Below are positions 1 to 9,046 of a stretch of 64,000 nt of DNA, piece by piece. The notes beneath the pieces are model-generated. The model was not told the origin of the DNA and did no database searches. It saw only the letters and a list, made by a program, of their open reading frames with translations. The first letter of the stretch is position 1, and every line of letters starts with the position of its first letter. The DNA comes from an uncultured bacterium (lineage in GTDB: Bacteria > Patescibacteriota > Minisyncoccia > Phycocordibacterales > GWA1-40-21), in NCBI GenBank assembly GCA_903832855.1, contig CAILDB010000003.1:15398-79397 (forward strand). The letters are read 5' to 3'. A program made the position numbers and the translations under genes.

Positions 1-237
1 TTCTGCATTTGTCGCAAAAATTGTCTTGCATAAGAAGAAAGCGACTCCACATATCTGCGTTGTCCCTCAGCAAAAATAGTATCAAAAGCAAGAGATGATT
101 TCCCGGAACCAGAAAGTCCCGTGAAGGCGATCATTTTGTTGCGAGGCATTTCCACAGTAATATTCTTCAGATTATTCGTCCGAGCTCCTTTTACTATTAT
201 TTTGTCAGCTATTTCATTAAAACCAGTTTTTGTCATA
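1..237 (-). CDS. uvrA: Excinuclease ABC subunit A (UvrA), N-terminal fragment; gene continues beyond window start
   Basis: Reverse-strand translation from ATG at 235-237 gives [73 protein letters not shown].... This is the UvrA N-terminal ABC Walker-A region; it is absent from the ORF track because it is truncated. Confidence 0.85.
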
Positions 238-390
238 TTATTAAACACTAAATGCCCCAGCGGTAAGCGCTAGGGGTTATCTATGAATTTATATTACTCC
301 CTAAATCATCTTGTTGCAAGATGATCGGGCGAACACTTTTAAAAAAAGTGTTTTAGCCTTTCCCTATCAAAAAGGCAAATTTTCCTTTTT

Positions 391-771
391 TTATTTCAAC
401 ACCTCCAGAAACTGCTCCGCGAGCTCATCAATAGAATAAAGTGCTTTTACGAGAAACTTTTTGGCGCCAAGCTTTAGGCCCATCTCCATATCATTTTTTT
501 GGCCAAGATTTGAGACAATGACAACAGGAATATCTTTTGTATTTACATCCTCTTTCAATTTTCTCAAAATATCAAAACCACTCATTCCTGGAAGCATAAG
601 ATCAAGGCCTATGATATCCACTTTCTGTGTCTTCAAAATTTCAAACATTTCTTCACCACTTTTTGCATTAAAAACAAACTCCCCCATTTCAAAAAGTTTT
701 TTACCAAGTAAACTATTTAAAAATAAATCGTCTTCAACTATTAGAATTCTTTTTTTATTGTCTTCTGTCAT
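391..771 (-). CDS. Response regulator, receiver domain only (CheY-like)
   Basis: 126 aa. ILIVEDD...D-x-x-LPGMSGFDIL...K receiver signature, no output domain. Directly downstream of the histidine kinase. Confidence 0.8.
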   Translation of the reverse strand: MTEDNKKRILIVEDDLFLNSLLGKKLFEMGEFVFNAKSGEEMFEILKTQKVDIIGLDLMLPGMSGFDILRKLKEDVNTKDIPVVIVSNLGQKNDMEMGLKLGAKKFLVKALYSIDELAEQFLEVLK

Positions 772-778
772 ATGTCTA

Positions 779-2062
779 TTATACTTTATCTGCTGAAATT
801 GGTAAAGTGATATCCACAGTCGTACCTTTACTCAAAACCGAGGATAATTTGATCTCACCACCATGCATTTCTATTACTTTGTTTGTGGCATAAAGCCCCA
901 CACCAGTCTCATTTGGGTCTAGAAGCATAGCATTTTTACCTCTAAAGAACTTTTGGAAGATGTATTCCATATCTGCGGAGTCTATTCCTATTCCAGTATC
1001 TTTCACAATTATTTTTGCGCTTGAATTTTCTCTTTCAACTGTTACAAACACTTTTCCTTTTGGCGCGTATCTAAAAGCATTATCAAAAACATTTGTAATA
1101 ACTATACTAAGCATTTTTTCATCGCCATTTATCTTAAATGATTCCATCTTTTCGTAAACTAAATCGATTCCTTTTTCCTCAATCAAAAAGTTAAGATCAT
1201 GAATAACATTTTTGATTAAATCTGTAAGAATAAAATCTTTTCTATTTAATTTGATTTCCCCATCACCCAAATCATATTCCGCCGACTTCAAAAGCTCGCC
1301 CACAATATCAATAGAGTGAACAACTTTACCTAATCCTTCCGTCAAAAGCTCTTTATTTGTGCAATTTTCATCACGAATAGCGGTATCCAGTGCCCACCGA
1401 GCACCTGCAAGCGGAGTTCGTAGCTGGTGAGAGATAGCAGTCAAAAATATTTTCTTTACTTTATCGATTTCGTTTATTTGAACAAATTTCCTTTCAAGTC
1501 TTTCCTTTTCATATCTCTGATAAAGCACATCTTTAATTATCTTATAAAGATAGAAAACCATAAGTGAGTAAAGCGCAAGGTGTAAGATGTGTTTGATAAT
1601 ATAGACAGGATTCGTCAGATAATTTGGATCAAGAAAAATGAGAAGAAATAATGCAACTATAGAAGCAATCCCCATATTTCTGGTTACTCGAATATCCAAA
1701 TACAAGCTTGAAATCAGGGGCACAAAAAACATTGCAAACATCATTGAACTATCCAAATTCCCCGTAGCATATATAAAAAGTGCATAAAAAATTATAAAAA
1801 CATAACCGGTGTGAACCCAAAAGGATGGTTTTTTAAATACTGCGGAGACAATAAAAATAATTACTTGATAAACAAGCATTACTGCAATGATAGTAAAATA
1901 CATTTCTCTATGAATAATCCACGGAAAAAGTGAAGGATAAAAAAGTGGTAATAAAATAAATAGAAGAAAAAATAAAATTGGAATACTTTTTATAATAGAA
2001 GCCAGTCCAACAGATTTTGTAGAGTTATTATCCAAACTTTCTTTTTGTGCGTCATTTTCCAT
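779..2062 (-). CDS. Membrane sensor histidine kinase
   Basis: 427 aa. Multiple N-terminal TM helices, an H-box (ISHQLRTPL) and a C-terminal HATPase_c region (GIGIDSADMEYIFQKFFRG...GLGL). Confidence 0.8.
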   Translation of the reverse strand: MENDAQKESLDNNSTKSVGLASIIKSIPILFFLLFILLPLFYPSLFPWIIHREMYFTIIAVMLVYQVIIFIVSAVFKKPSFWVHTGYVFIIFYALFIYATGNLDSSMMFAMFFVPLISSLYLDIRVTRNMGIASIVALFLLIFLDPNYLTNPVYIIKHILHLALYSLMVFYLYKIIKDVLYQRYEKERLERKFVQINEIDKVKKIFLTAISHQLRTPLAGARWALDTAIRDENCTNKELLTEGLGKVVHSIDIVGELLKSAEYDLGDGEIKLNRKDFILTDLIKNVIHDLNFLIEEKGIDLVYEKMESFKINGDEKMLSIVITNVFDNAFRYAPKGKVFVTVERENSSAKIIVKDTGIGIDSADMEYIFQKFFRGKNAMLLDPNETGVGLYATNKVIEMHGGEIKLSSVLSKGTTVDITLPISADKV

Positions 2063-2095
2063 ACCTCACTATTATACACGATTTTCCTTGCCCAT

Positions 2096-4186
2096 TCAAA
2101 CTTTTTTCTTGAAGAAAGTTTGCGTGGGCTTTTTTTTCTTGTCCACAGCTTTGGCTTTCTTTTCTATAATTATTTCAATTTGAGCGATTTCATCTCGAAG
2201 AAGTGCTGCTGTCTCAAAATCAAGAATTTTTACAGCCTCGGTCATCTGTTTCTGTTTTTCTTTAATTAGAGTTTTGAGCTTATTTCCGTAAATACCGATG
2301 TCAATCTGCATCAATTCTGAGACAGCCTTCTCATGTTCAGTATTCATTTGATCGGTAATATCTTTAATTTTCTTTATAATAGTTTTTGGAGTTATGCCGT
2401 GTTTTGTATTGTAAGCGGTCTGAATTGCTCTTCTTCTATTTGTTTCTGAGATCGCTCTCGTAATTGAGCCGGTAATGTTGTCTGCATAAAGGACAACTTT
2501 TCCTTTCACATTTCTCGCTGCCCTACCGATAGTCTGAATCAATGATGTCTCCGAACGCAAAAACCCTTCTTTGTCGGCATCAAGAATTCCAATAAATTCA
2601 ACCTCCGGCAAGTCCAAACCTTCACGAAGTAAGTTCACACCGACAATACAATCAAACTTCCCTCTTCTAAAATCAGAGAGAATTCCAATTCTATCTATCG
2701 TTTTGATATCGCTGTGCAAATATTCTGCTTTCACACCTTTTTCTTTTAGAAATACGCTCAAATCTTCCGCCATCTTTTTTGTAAGAGTTGTCGCAATTAC
2801 ACGACCGCCGCCTTTTACAACTCTTTCCGTTTCTTCAATGAAATCAAAAACCTGTCCTTTGTAACCGGACTCCTTGCTTTCCGCAATTTTCCTAATCTCA
2901 ACCTCCGGATCAATAAGCCCAGTGGGACGAATTACTTGCTCAACAATATTTTCTGAATTCGCTTTTTCATAATCTCCCGGAGTCGCAGTAGTAAAAATTG
3001 CTTGACCAATTTTATTTTCAAATTCGTCAAATTTCAAAGGTCTGTTGTCCATTGCGCTTGGTAATCTAAAACCATATTCCACAAGTGTTTTTTTTCTTGA
3101 TTTATCACCCTCAAACATTCCTCTGATTTGCGGTATCGTAACATGCGATTCATCTATAATAGTGAGGAAATCTGCCGTTCCATCGGCTTTATGCGGAAAA
3201 TATGAGAGAAGCGTGCTTGGCGCTTCTCCAGCAAGCTGACCAGAAAAATATCTGGAATAATTTTCAATTCCATTACAATAGCCAACTTCACGGATAAGAG
3301 CTAAATCATAATTTGTCCTTCTTTTTAATCTTTCCGCTTCAAGATTTTTTCCATCTTTTTTTAATTCCGCCAATCTTTTTTCCAAATCAATTTTAATTTC
3401 TTTTATTGCCCTCGCCTGTTGTTCCTTACCTGTAATAAAATGCTTGGCAGGAAAAACAAAAATGTCTTTTAGATCTTCTTCAATAATTCTATTTGTGACT
3501 GAATCTATTTTTGCAACTTTAGAAACAAAATCTCCATCAAAAGAAATTTTGTAAATAACTTTTTCGTTTACCGGCATTATTTCCACGGCATTTCCGACTG
3601 CACGAAAGTCTCCCGGACTTAAATCTGCGTTTGTCCTTTCAAAATGAATGTTTACCAGCTTTTTTATTATTTCCTGCCTGCTAGATTTTTCTCCTTTTGA
3701 AATTTTAATATTTACACTTAAATATTCTTCCGGATTTCCAAGATTGTAAATACAGGAAACGGATGCGACAATAATCACATCCTTTCTCGTCAAAAGTGCC
3801 TGTGTAGAAGCGTGACGAAGCCTATCAATTTCCTCATTTATCATTGCCTCCTTTTCAATGTAAGTATCAGTCACCGGCATATAGGCCTCTGGCTGATAAT
3901 AATCATAATAGGAAACAAAATAATGCACAGCGTTATTTGGAAAAAATTCTTTGTATTCTTGAGCAAGTTGAGCCGCGAGAGTTTTGTTGTGTGCAATTAC
4001 AAGAGTTGGTTTATCGTACTGAGCAATCACATTTGCCATTGTAAAAGTTTTTCCTGAACCCGTCACACCAAAAAGAGTTTGCTTCATCGCACCATTTTCT
4101 AGCCCAGAAACAAGCGACTTTATCGCCTCCGGCTGATCCCCAGCTGGTTTCCAATCTGATTTTATTTGAAAATTATGTTGTGACAT
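2096..4186 (-). CDS. uvrB: Excinuclease ABC subunit B
   Basis: 696 aa. GVTGSGKTFTMA Walker A and the conserved UvrB helicase and UvrC-interaction C-terminal coiled coil. Arrangement is uvrA-[two-component system]-uvrB. Confidence 0.95.
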   Translation of the reverse strand: MSQHNFQIKSDWKPAGDQPEAIKSLVSGLENGAMKQTLFGVTGSGKTFTMANVIAQYDKPTLVIAHNKTLAAQLAQEYKEFFPNNAVHYFVSYYDYYQPEAYMPVTDTYIEKEAMINEEIDRLRHASTQALLTRKDVIIVASVSCIYNLGNPEEYLSVNIKISKGEKSSRQEIIKKLVNIHFERTNADLSPGDFRAVGNAVEIMPVNEKVIYKISFDGDFVSKVAKIDSVTNRIIEEDLKDIFVFPAKHFITGKEQQARAIKEIKIDLEKRLAELKKDGKNLEAERLKRRTNYDLALIREVGYCNGIENYSRYFSGQLAGEAPSTLLSYFPHKADGTADFLTIIDESHVTIPQIRGMFEGDKSRKKTLVEYGFRLPSAMDNRPLKFDEFENKIGQAIFTTATPGDYEKANSENIVEQVIRPTGLIDPEVEIRKIAESKESGYKGQVFDFIEETERVVKGGGRVIATTLTKKMAEDLSVFLKEKGVKAEYLHSDIKTIDRIGILSDFRRGKFDCIVGVNLLREGLDLPEVEFIGILDADKEGFLRSETSLIQTIGRAARNVKGKVVLYADNITGSITRAISETNRRRAIQTAYNTKHGITPKTIIKKIKDITDQMNTEHEKAVSELMQIDIGIYGNKLKTLIKEKQKQMTEAVKILDFETAALLRDEIAQIEIIIEKKAKAVDKKKKPTQTFFKKKV

Positions 4187-4206
4187 TTTTGAAAATTTCT
4201 GGCTTG

Positions 4207-4246
4207 CCCCGTAGTGAACCGAGCCTTCGAGGTTCTACTACTGGGG
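4207..4246. repeat. Short copy of palindromic repeat family PR1 (CCCCGTAGTGAA...TTCTACTACTGGGG)
   Basis: Imperfect inverted repeat 21 nt upstream of the uvrB start codon. The arm sequence is shared with copies at 7732, 32646, 33287, 38496, 50710, 53678 and 60227. Confidence 0.5.
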
Positions 4247-4324
4247 TTTGACATACAAGATACGATTATGTTAGATTTTACAAGGAAATGCAAGTACACC
4301 ACAACAAGACAAAGGAGAAATGAA

Positions 4325-4960
4325 ATGGAACGCAAAGGAATAATTGGCTGGGTAAACCCTTATAAAAAGGGCGGTCCGCCTTCGGGACCAGAAAAACGTG
4401 ATGGTGAACAACCAAACGATGGGAATGTTCTGATGAATCGGTTCCTCAGAATGTCGCCATCAATGAGATTCCGGCTTACAACGAAAATGCCGGACGGCAG
4501 ACGGACAGAGCGTTGCCCAGTTCAGGAACGCATCCAGGCCAGAATCAAGAAATTCGCTTGGACAGATGTACCTGAGGAACAAACTGGCTTCCTTAACACA
4601 TTGAGCCAGTTCTTCTCGCCATGGATGATCGTGGACGGCCTTACAAAGGGTGAAGCCCGTCTGCTACACCTCATCGCCATGCACTTTCAAGGCAGGGCTA
4701 TGAGCGGGATTTATCATCCAAAGGAATGGCGATATAAGAAAGGAAAAAGGATCACTCGGGAGCAATTCATGACTGGCCTCGCAAAGTTCATGAGAAGTAT
4801 GATTGCTACAGGTGGGCTCGTATCTGAAAAGAAAGTACGCACTTACCCCAATATCGGTCTAATGTTTTCCCCCCGTGATTGGGCAACTGTAGAGAGGGTT
4901 ATCGAGGGAAAATATTTCTACCAACTCATCGAGTTCATTAATACTGGCCTCAAACACTAA
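4325..4960 (+). CDS. Hypothetical protein, in a GC-rich insert (ORF-track frame opens at 4214)
   Basis: Open frame 4214-4960. The in-frame ATG at 4325 is preceded by AGGAG at 4313-4317. The 5' part of the long ORF overlaps the PR1 hairpin, so a later start is likelier. No recognisable domain. G+C is visibly higher than in uvrB or tgt. Confidence 0.5.
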   Translation: MERKGIIGWVNPYKKGGPPSGPEKRDGEQPNDGNVLMNRFLRMSPSMRFRLTTKMPDGRRTERCPVQERIQARIKKFAWTDVPEEQTGFLNTLSQFFSPWMIVDGLTKGEARLLHLIAMHFQGRAMSGIYHPKEWRYKKGKRITREQFMTGLAKFMRSMIATGGLVSEKKVRTYPNIGLMFSPRDWATVERVIEGKYFYQLIEFINTGLKH

Positions 4961-4977
4961 ACAGTCACCAGACTGTC

Positions 4978-5010
4978 GCACCACGCAATCCAGCGTGGTG
5001 CTTTTTTATT
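4978..5010 (+). terminator. Rho-independent terminator
   Basis: GCACCACGC-aatccag-GCGTGGTGC followed by TTTTTTATT. Confidence 0.6.
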
Positions 5011-5094
5011 GCAATTGACGACAAAAATAATCGTGCTAGTATGTAAAAAGAAGGAAGAGTTCTCCTTAAACAAAGCAAAAGAAAGAAGGTGGGT

Positions 5095-5478
5095 ATGAAG
5101 AAAAAAGAGAAGGAACTGACTCCTGAGCAGAAAGTGGAATTGCTCAAGGAATTCGACGAGGCAATGAAAAAGATCGTCCTGCCCGTAGGCGTATTTTTTG
5201 CGGTAATCAGTCGCGGGCCCAAGAGTGGTATCGATAAAGGTGTAATTATTAGCGTCAGAGAACATGGCTGTTCCTGGTTGTTCACGGACATAAATCAGCA
5301 AAAAGTCCTGAAACAAGGAGGTACGAAACTACTGTTGAAGGATGCGGGTGCATTAGAAAAAAAGGCACGTGCCTCAATTCGGCGAAAATTGAAAAAAAAC
5401 GGTTCGTACGAATTTTATGGACACGGCCCAAGGTGCACTGCAGTCAGAGAGGTTCTCTTCAACACATTCAACCTCTAA
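5095..5478 (+). CDS. Hypothetical protein (GC-rich insert; ORF track starts at GTG 5089)
   Basis: 127 aa from ATG 5095 (MKKKEKELTPEQKVELLKEFDEAMKK...). Preceded by GAAGGTGG, with a candidate TTGACG...TAGTAT promoter around 5020-5050. No known domain. Confidence 0.5.
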   Translation: MKKKEKELTPEQKVELLKEFDEAMKKIVLPVGVFFAVISRGPKSGIDKGVIISVREHGCSWLFTDINQQKVLKQGGTKLLLKDAGALEKKARASIRRKLKKNGSYEFYGHGPRCTAVREVLFNTFNL

Positions 5479-5495
5479 GAGAATCGATTGTGTTT

Positions 5496-5528
5496 GGCCG
5501 TCGCGAGTACGCGACGGCCTTTTTTATT
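5496..5528 (+). terminator. Rho-independent terminator, probably bidirectional since it abuts the tgt stop
   Basis: GGCCGTCGCG-agta-CGCGACGGCC followed by TTTTTTATTTT. Confidence 0.65.
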
Positions 5529-6747
5529 TTAAATATTTCTCCAAAAAGCTTTTCTTAAATTCAAAAAATGTGCCATCAATAATTGACTGACGAATTTGTT
5601 TTACGAGATTTACGAGAAAATAAACATTGTGAATGGAGGCAAGCGTGCCAGCAAGCATTTCCTTGCCATGAAAAAGATGTGAGAGGTATGCTTTGGAATA
5701 ATTTTTGCAGGTGTAACATTCGCAATCATTTTCAATTGGAGAAATATCGGTGCGAAATTCTGTGTTCATGATATGAATTTTGCCGGTTTTTGTATAAATT
5801 GTGCCGTTTCTACCAAGTCGTGTGGGCAAAACACAATCAAAAAGATCCACGCCGTTTTCAATTCCCATAAATAAATCTTCCGGTTCACCAATTCCTAGCA
5901 AGTGCCTTGGCTTATCTTCTGGCAAAATACTATTGACCCATTTTACCGCTGTGGACATATCTTCTTTTGCAAATGAACCACCAATCCCAAATCCGTCAAA
6001 CTTTTTGCCGTCAACCTCAACTTCAGAAATAAATTTTGCCGAATCTTTTCTTAACCTCTCTTCCCTACCACCCTGCACAATTCCAAAAAGTGCAACTTTA
6101 TTTTCAGAATTTAATTTATTATGTTCTTCAAGAGACCTTCGTGCCCAATTATGAGTTCTTTCAAGTGCTTCTTCCTGATATTTCAAATCTTCTGTCGGAG
6201 ATGTGCACTCATCAAAAGCAAAAATAATATCTGCGCCAAGATTGTGTTGAATTTGAATTGATTTTTCCGGAGTAATGTAATGCACCGAGCCATCAAGATG
6301 TGATGTGAAAGAAACCCCATCCTGACCTATTTTTGCAAGCCGTGGCGCATCGGAATCGTCAAATCTTTCAGGAATTAAAAGTGATGGGTCAACAGTCTGA
6401 ACAACTTTTGAAATCCCTTTTTTGTACGCAGCGCCAAGCGAAAAAACTTGAAAGCCGCCAGAGTCGGTCATTGTGGGCCCACTCCAATTCATCATTTTTC
6501 CCAGTCCGCCCATTTTTTTGACCGCTTCATCTCCCGGCTGTAAATATAAATGATAAGTGTTCGCCAAAACAACCTGAGTCCCAGCATCTCGCACTTGTTC
6601 AGGATTGAGCGACTTCACAGTTCCCTTTGTGCCAACTACAACAAAAGCCGGCGTCTCTATCTGGCCGTGTGCCGTCTCCAAAACCCCAGCTCGCGCCAGT
6701 GTGCCTCCCCCGAGCTTGGATTGTATTGTAAATTTAAAACTTGACAT
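5524..6747 (-). CDS. tgt: Queuine tRNA-ribosyltransferase
   Basis: 407 aa. LANTYHLYLQPGD, MTDSGGFQVFSL and the zinc site CxCxxC...H (CECYTCKNYSKAYLSHL). Confidence 0.9.
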   Translation of the reverse strand: MSSFKFTIQSKLGGGTLARAGVLETAHGQIETPAFVVVGTKGTVKSLNPEQVRDAGTQVVLANTYHLYLQPGDEAVKKMGGLGKMMNWSGPTMTDSGGFQVFSLGAAYKKGISKVVQTVDPSLLIPERFDDSDAPRLAKIGQDGVSFTSHLDGSVHYITPEKSIQIQHNLGADIIFAFDECTSPTEDLKYQEEALERTHNWARRSLEEHNKLNSENKVALFGIVQGGREERLRKDSAKFISEVEVDGKKFDGFGIGGSFAKEDMSTAVKWVNSILPEDKPRHLLGIGEPEDLFMGIENGVDLFDCVLPTRLGRNGTIYTKTGKIHIMNTEFRTDISPIENDCECYTCKNYSKAYLSHLFHGKEMLAGTLASIHNVYFLVNLVKQIRQSIIDGTFFEFKKSFLEKYLK

Positions 6748-6806
6748 CTTATTTAGAAAGAATAGTATTATTTTCGGAAGAAAGCAACCAAAAAAGGAGA
6801 ACTGGA

Positions 6807-7027
6807 TGAAAAATGAAGATATTCATGAACGGTCCGTGATGCTGGCAGGTCTTCTGGTTGATGCCGAGAAACTGGTTTCCAGTATAAAGGCACAGCTGGA
6901 AATTGTGCAGGGTGAATGTACACACGAACGTGCCGAAGAATACAGAAGGCACTGGGTTGGATCTTGTCCATACTGTGGGGAAAAGTTCATGGCAAAAGAA
7001 GATGTCGATCGTATATACTCCGAATGA
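6807..7027 (+). CDS. Hypothetical small Cys-containing protein, 73 aa (GC-rich cassette)
   Basis: AAAGGAGA SD 6-7 nt before the ATG at 6807. Protein is MKNEDIHERSVMLAGLLVDAEKL...GECTHERAEEYRRHWVGSCPYCGEKF..., with a CxxH...CxxC possible metal site. Followed by its own terminator. Confidence 0.45.
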
Positions 7028-7046
7028 TCAGAAGAGGTGCAACGCG

Positions 7047-7078
7047 AGCGAGGAAAATATTTCCTCGCTCTTTTTTTA
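7047..7078 (+). terminator. Rho-independent terminator
   Basis: GAGCGAGGAA-aatat-TTCCTCGCTC followed by TTTTTTT. Confidence 0.6.
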
Positions 7079-7084
7079 TTTCGA

Positions 7085-7160
7085 CAAGCAAGGAGCAAAG
7101 TGGAAAATTCTTATTTTACATTTTGTCCGAGCGAAGTCGAAAGAAAGGGTAGGGCCCCTT
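7085..7160. repeat. Copy of GC-rich repeat module (GAGCAAAGTGGAAAATTCTTATTTTACATTTTGTCCGAGCGAAGTCGAAAG)
   Basis: Near-identical to the module inside the composite repeat at 19330-19400 (GAGCAAGGTGGAAAATCTTATTTTACATCTTGTCCGAGCGAAGTCGAAGC). Confidence 0.5.
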
Positions 7161-7654
7161 TATTTCACTCCCAAAAGTTCTATCTCAAAATAAAGAGTTG
7201 AATTTGCAGGAATTGGACCGTTTGAACTTGCACCATATCCTAGATTTGGTGGAATAACGAGAATTCTTTTTCCGCCAACTTTCATACCAGTCACACCAAG
7301 GTCCCAACCTTCAATAACTTGCCCCGCACCAAGTGTAAATGTAAATGGTGTTCCTCTATCAATCGAACTATCAAACTTTGTGCCATCTGTAAGTACCCCG
7401 ACATAATTTACAGTAATACTTTTACCAGCTACTGCTTCTGCACCTGTTCCAACAACTTCATCTTTAATTCCTAATTGTGTATTATTCACTTGATTTAAAT
7501 TATTAGTACCTGTTGCATTTTGATCTACCTCTGCGACTTGCTGTGTGTCAGCTGTTCCCAGAAACTGATCAAAAATTCCACCGACCCATCCGACAAAAAC
7601 TAAGACTACAATAACTGCGATTGTAATTGCTATACCTTTTGTTGTTTTATTCAT
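7160..7654 (-). CDS. FKBP-type peptidyl-prolyl cis-trans isomerase, membrane-anchored
   Basis: 164 aa. N-terminal TM, then an FKBP domain (GDxVxVxYxGxLxDGxxFDSS...FxLGxGxVIxGWDxGVxGMKVGGKRxLxIPP). Confidence 0.8.
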   Translation of the reverse strand: MNKTTKGIAITIAVIVVLVFVGWVGGIFDQFLGTADTQQVAEVDQNATGTNNLNQVNNTQLGIKDEVVGTGAEAVAGKSITVNYVGVLTDGTKFDSSIDRGTPFTFTLGAGQVIEGWDLGVTGMKVGGKRILVIPPNLGYGASSNGPIPANSTLYFEIELLGVK

Positions 7655-7731
7655 AATTTTAAAATACGACTATTAATAATAGTTACCAGTATATCACAAT
7701 GAAAACTTTTACAAAAGCAAATATGTTGATA

Positions 7732-7799
7732 CCCCGTAGTGAAATTTGCCATTGATTTTTAAAAAGTTGAACTTTTTGATGGCAAATTCTACTACGGGG
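7732..7799. repeat. PR1 palindromic repeat (CCCCGTAGTGAAATTTGCCAT ... ATGGCAAATTCTACTACGGGG)
   Basis: 21-bp arms form a near-perfect inverted repeat around a 26-bp spacer. The right arm is immediately followed by TGATATAAT (7801-7809) and the ATG of the next gene at 7815. Confidence 0.6.
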
Positions 7800-7814
7800 T
7801 GATATAATGTTTAT

Positions 7815-8522
7815 ATGAGTATTAAAAATTGGTTCTTAGGACATATTAAAAGAAAAGCAGAAGAAGAACCTGTTACTATTGCTGAACTCAAAAAAATTGT
7901 TGAAAAAAGGATGTCTATTACAAATGATGAATTCCAAAAAGGATACGAGCTCATAGAAAAATATCCTCGTTCTGTCAGCATTTTGGGTTCTGCAAGATTT
8001 AATGAGGACAACAAATATTATCAGGCGGCAAGGTCATTAGGTTATAGAATAGCCAAGGAGCTCAAATATGCTGTCGTGACAGGCGGAGGGCCTGGAATTA
8101 TGGAAGCAGCAAATAGAGGCGCGTATGAGGCAAGAGGCAAATCACTTGGCTTCACAATTAAACTTCCAAAGGAACAGAAAGTAAATAAATATGTGACAGA
8201 GTTTGTTGAATTTGAATATTTCTTTAGCAGAAAGACGATACTTTTCTTTTCCGCCGAATGCTATGTTTATTTTCCGGGAGGATTCGGGACATTGGATGAA
8301 TTACTTGAAATTGTGACTTTAATACAAACAAAAAAGATTCCCAGAACACCGGTTATTTTAGTCGGTAGAGAATTTTGGCAACCATTTATTGATTTAATGA
8401 AAACAAAACTTTTAGACGAAAATGAAACAATCAGTCCAGATGATATTAATATTTATCAAATAGTTGATTCCGAAGACGAAATATTAAAAATAATTAAAAA
8501 CGCTCCGTTTAGACAGGAATAA
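7815..8522 (+). CDS. LOG-family protein (TIGR00730 Rossmann-fold, cytokinin riboside 5'-monophosphate phosphoribohydrolase-like)
   Basis: 235 aa. GGGPGIMEA and PGGFGTLDEL motifs. Confidence 0.8.
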   Translation: MSIKNWFLGHIKRKAEEEPVTIAELKKIVEKRMSITNDEFQKGYELIEKYPRSVSILGSARFNEDNKYYQAARSLGYRIAKELKYAVVTGGGPGIMEAANRGAYEARGKSLGFTIKLPKEQKVNKYVTEFVEFEYFFSRKTILFFSAECYVYFPGGFGTLDELLEIVTLIQTKKIPRTPVILVGREFWQPFIDLMKTKLLDENETISPDDINIYQIVDSEDEILKIIKNAPFRQE

Positions 8523-8523
8523 C

Positions 8524-8683
8524 AAAGCAAAAAGGTTTTTGTAAAAAATAACCTCGTAGCAAAATGCTTTTGAATTGACTTGGGAGCGCGACGGCGCGAG
8601 CACGAGGAATTTTTTAGCAAAAAAATATCCGTGCAATTCAAAAGCTTTTTGTGGAGAGGTTTTTACAAAAACCTTTTTGCTTT
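8524..8683. repeat. Nested palindromic GC-rich repeat, family A core, filling the convergent intergenic gap
   Basis: The outer 24-bp perfect inverted repeat AAAGCAAAAAGGTTTTTGTAAAAA / TTTTTACAAAAACCTTTTTGCTTT encloses the core TTTTGAATTGACTTGGGAGCGCGACGGCGCGAGCACGAGGAATTTTTTAGCAAAAAAATATCCGTGCAATTCAAAAG. The same core is at 23349-23435 and 25838-25925. Confidence 0.55.
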
Positions 8684-8691
8684 CTTTTTCC

Positions 8692-9009
8692 TTATTTAAT
8701 AGAAGTAATCTCCACTTTAAAATATGGCTGTCTGTGTCCGTTCTTTTTAAAATATCTGCTTTTTTGTTTGTAGTGAATAACTGTAACTGTAGGAAGTTTA
8801 CCAATTTCTATGATTTTCCCCTCTACTTTTGCACCATCAATAAAAGGAGTTCCGATAGTAGTATCTTTGCCGTTATCCACAAGCAAAACCTTATCAAAAA
8901 CGACTTTATCGCCTTCTTTGAAGTCATCCCCGAGCTTTTCTATTTCCAAGAAATCGCCCTTTGACGCTTTGTATTGTTTTCCACCTGTTTTTATAACTGC
9001 AAATTCCAT
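8692..9009 (-). CDS. rplU: 50S ribosomal protein L21
   Basis: MEFAVIKTGGKQYKASKGDFLEIEKL... is a typical L21 N-terminus. The ORF-track start at 9045 adds 12 unlikely residues. Confidence 0.85.
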   Translation of the reverse strand: MEFAVIKTGGKQYKASKGDFLEIEKLGDDFKEGDKVVFDKVLLVDNGKDTTIGTPFIDGAKVEGKIIEIGKLPTVTVIHYKQKSRYFKKNGHRQPYFKVEITSIK

Positions 9010-9046
9010 GTAAAATATCTTACACGAAAATCTAGAGAATTGCAAG

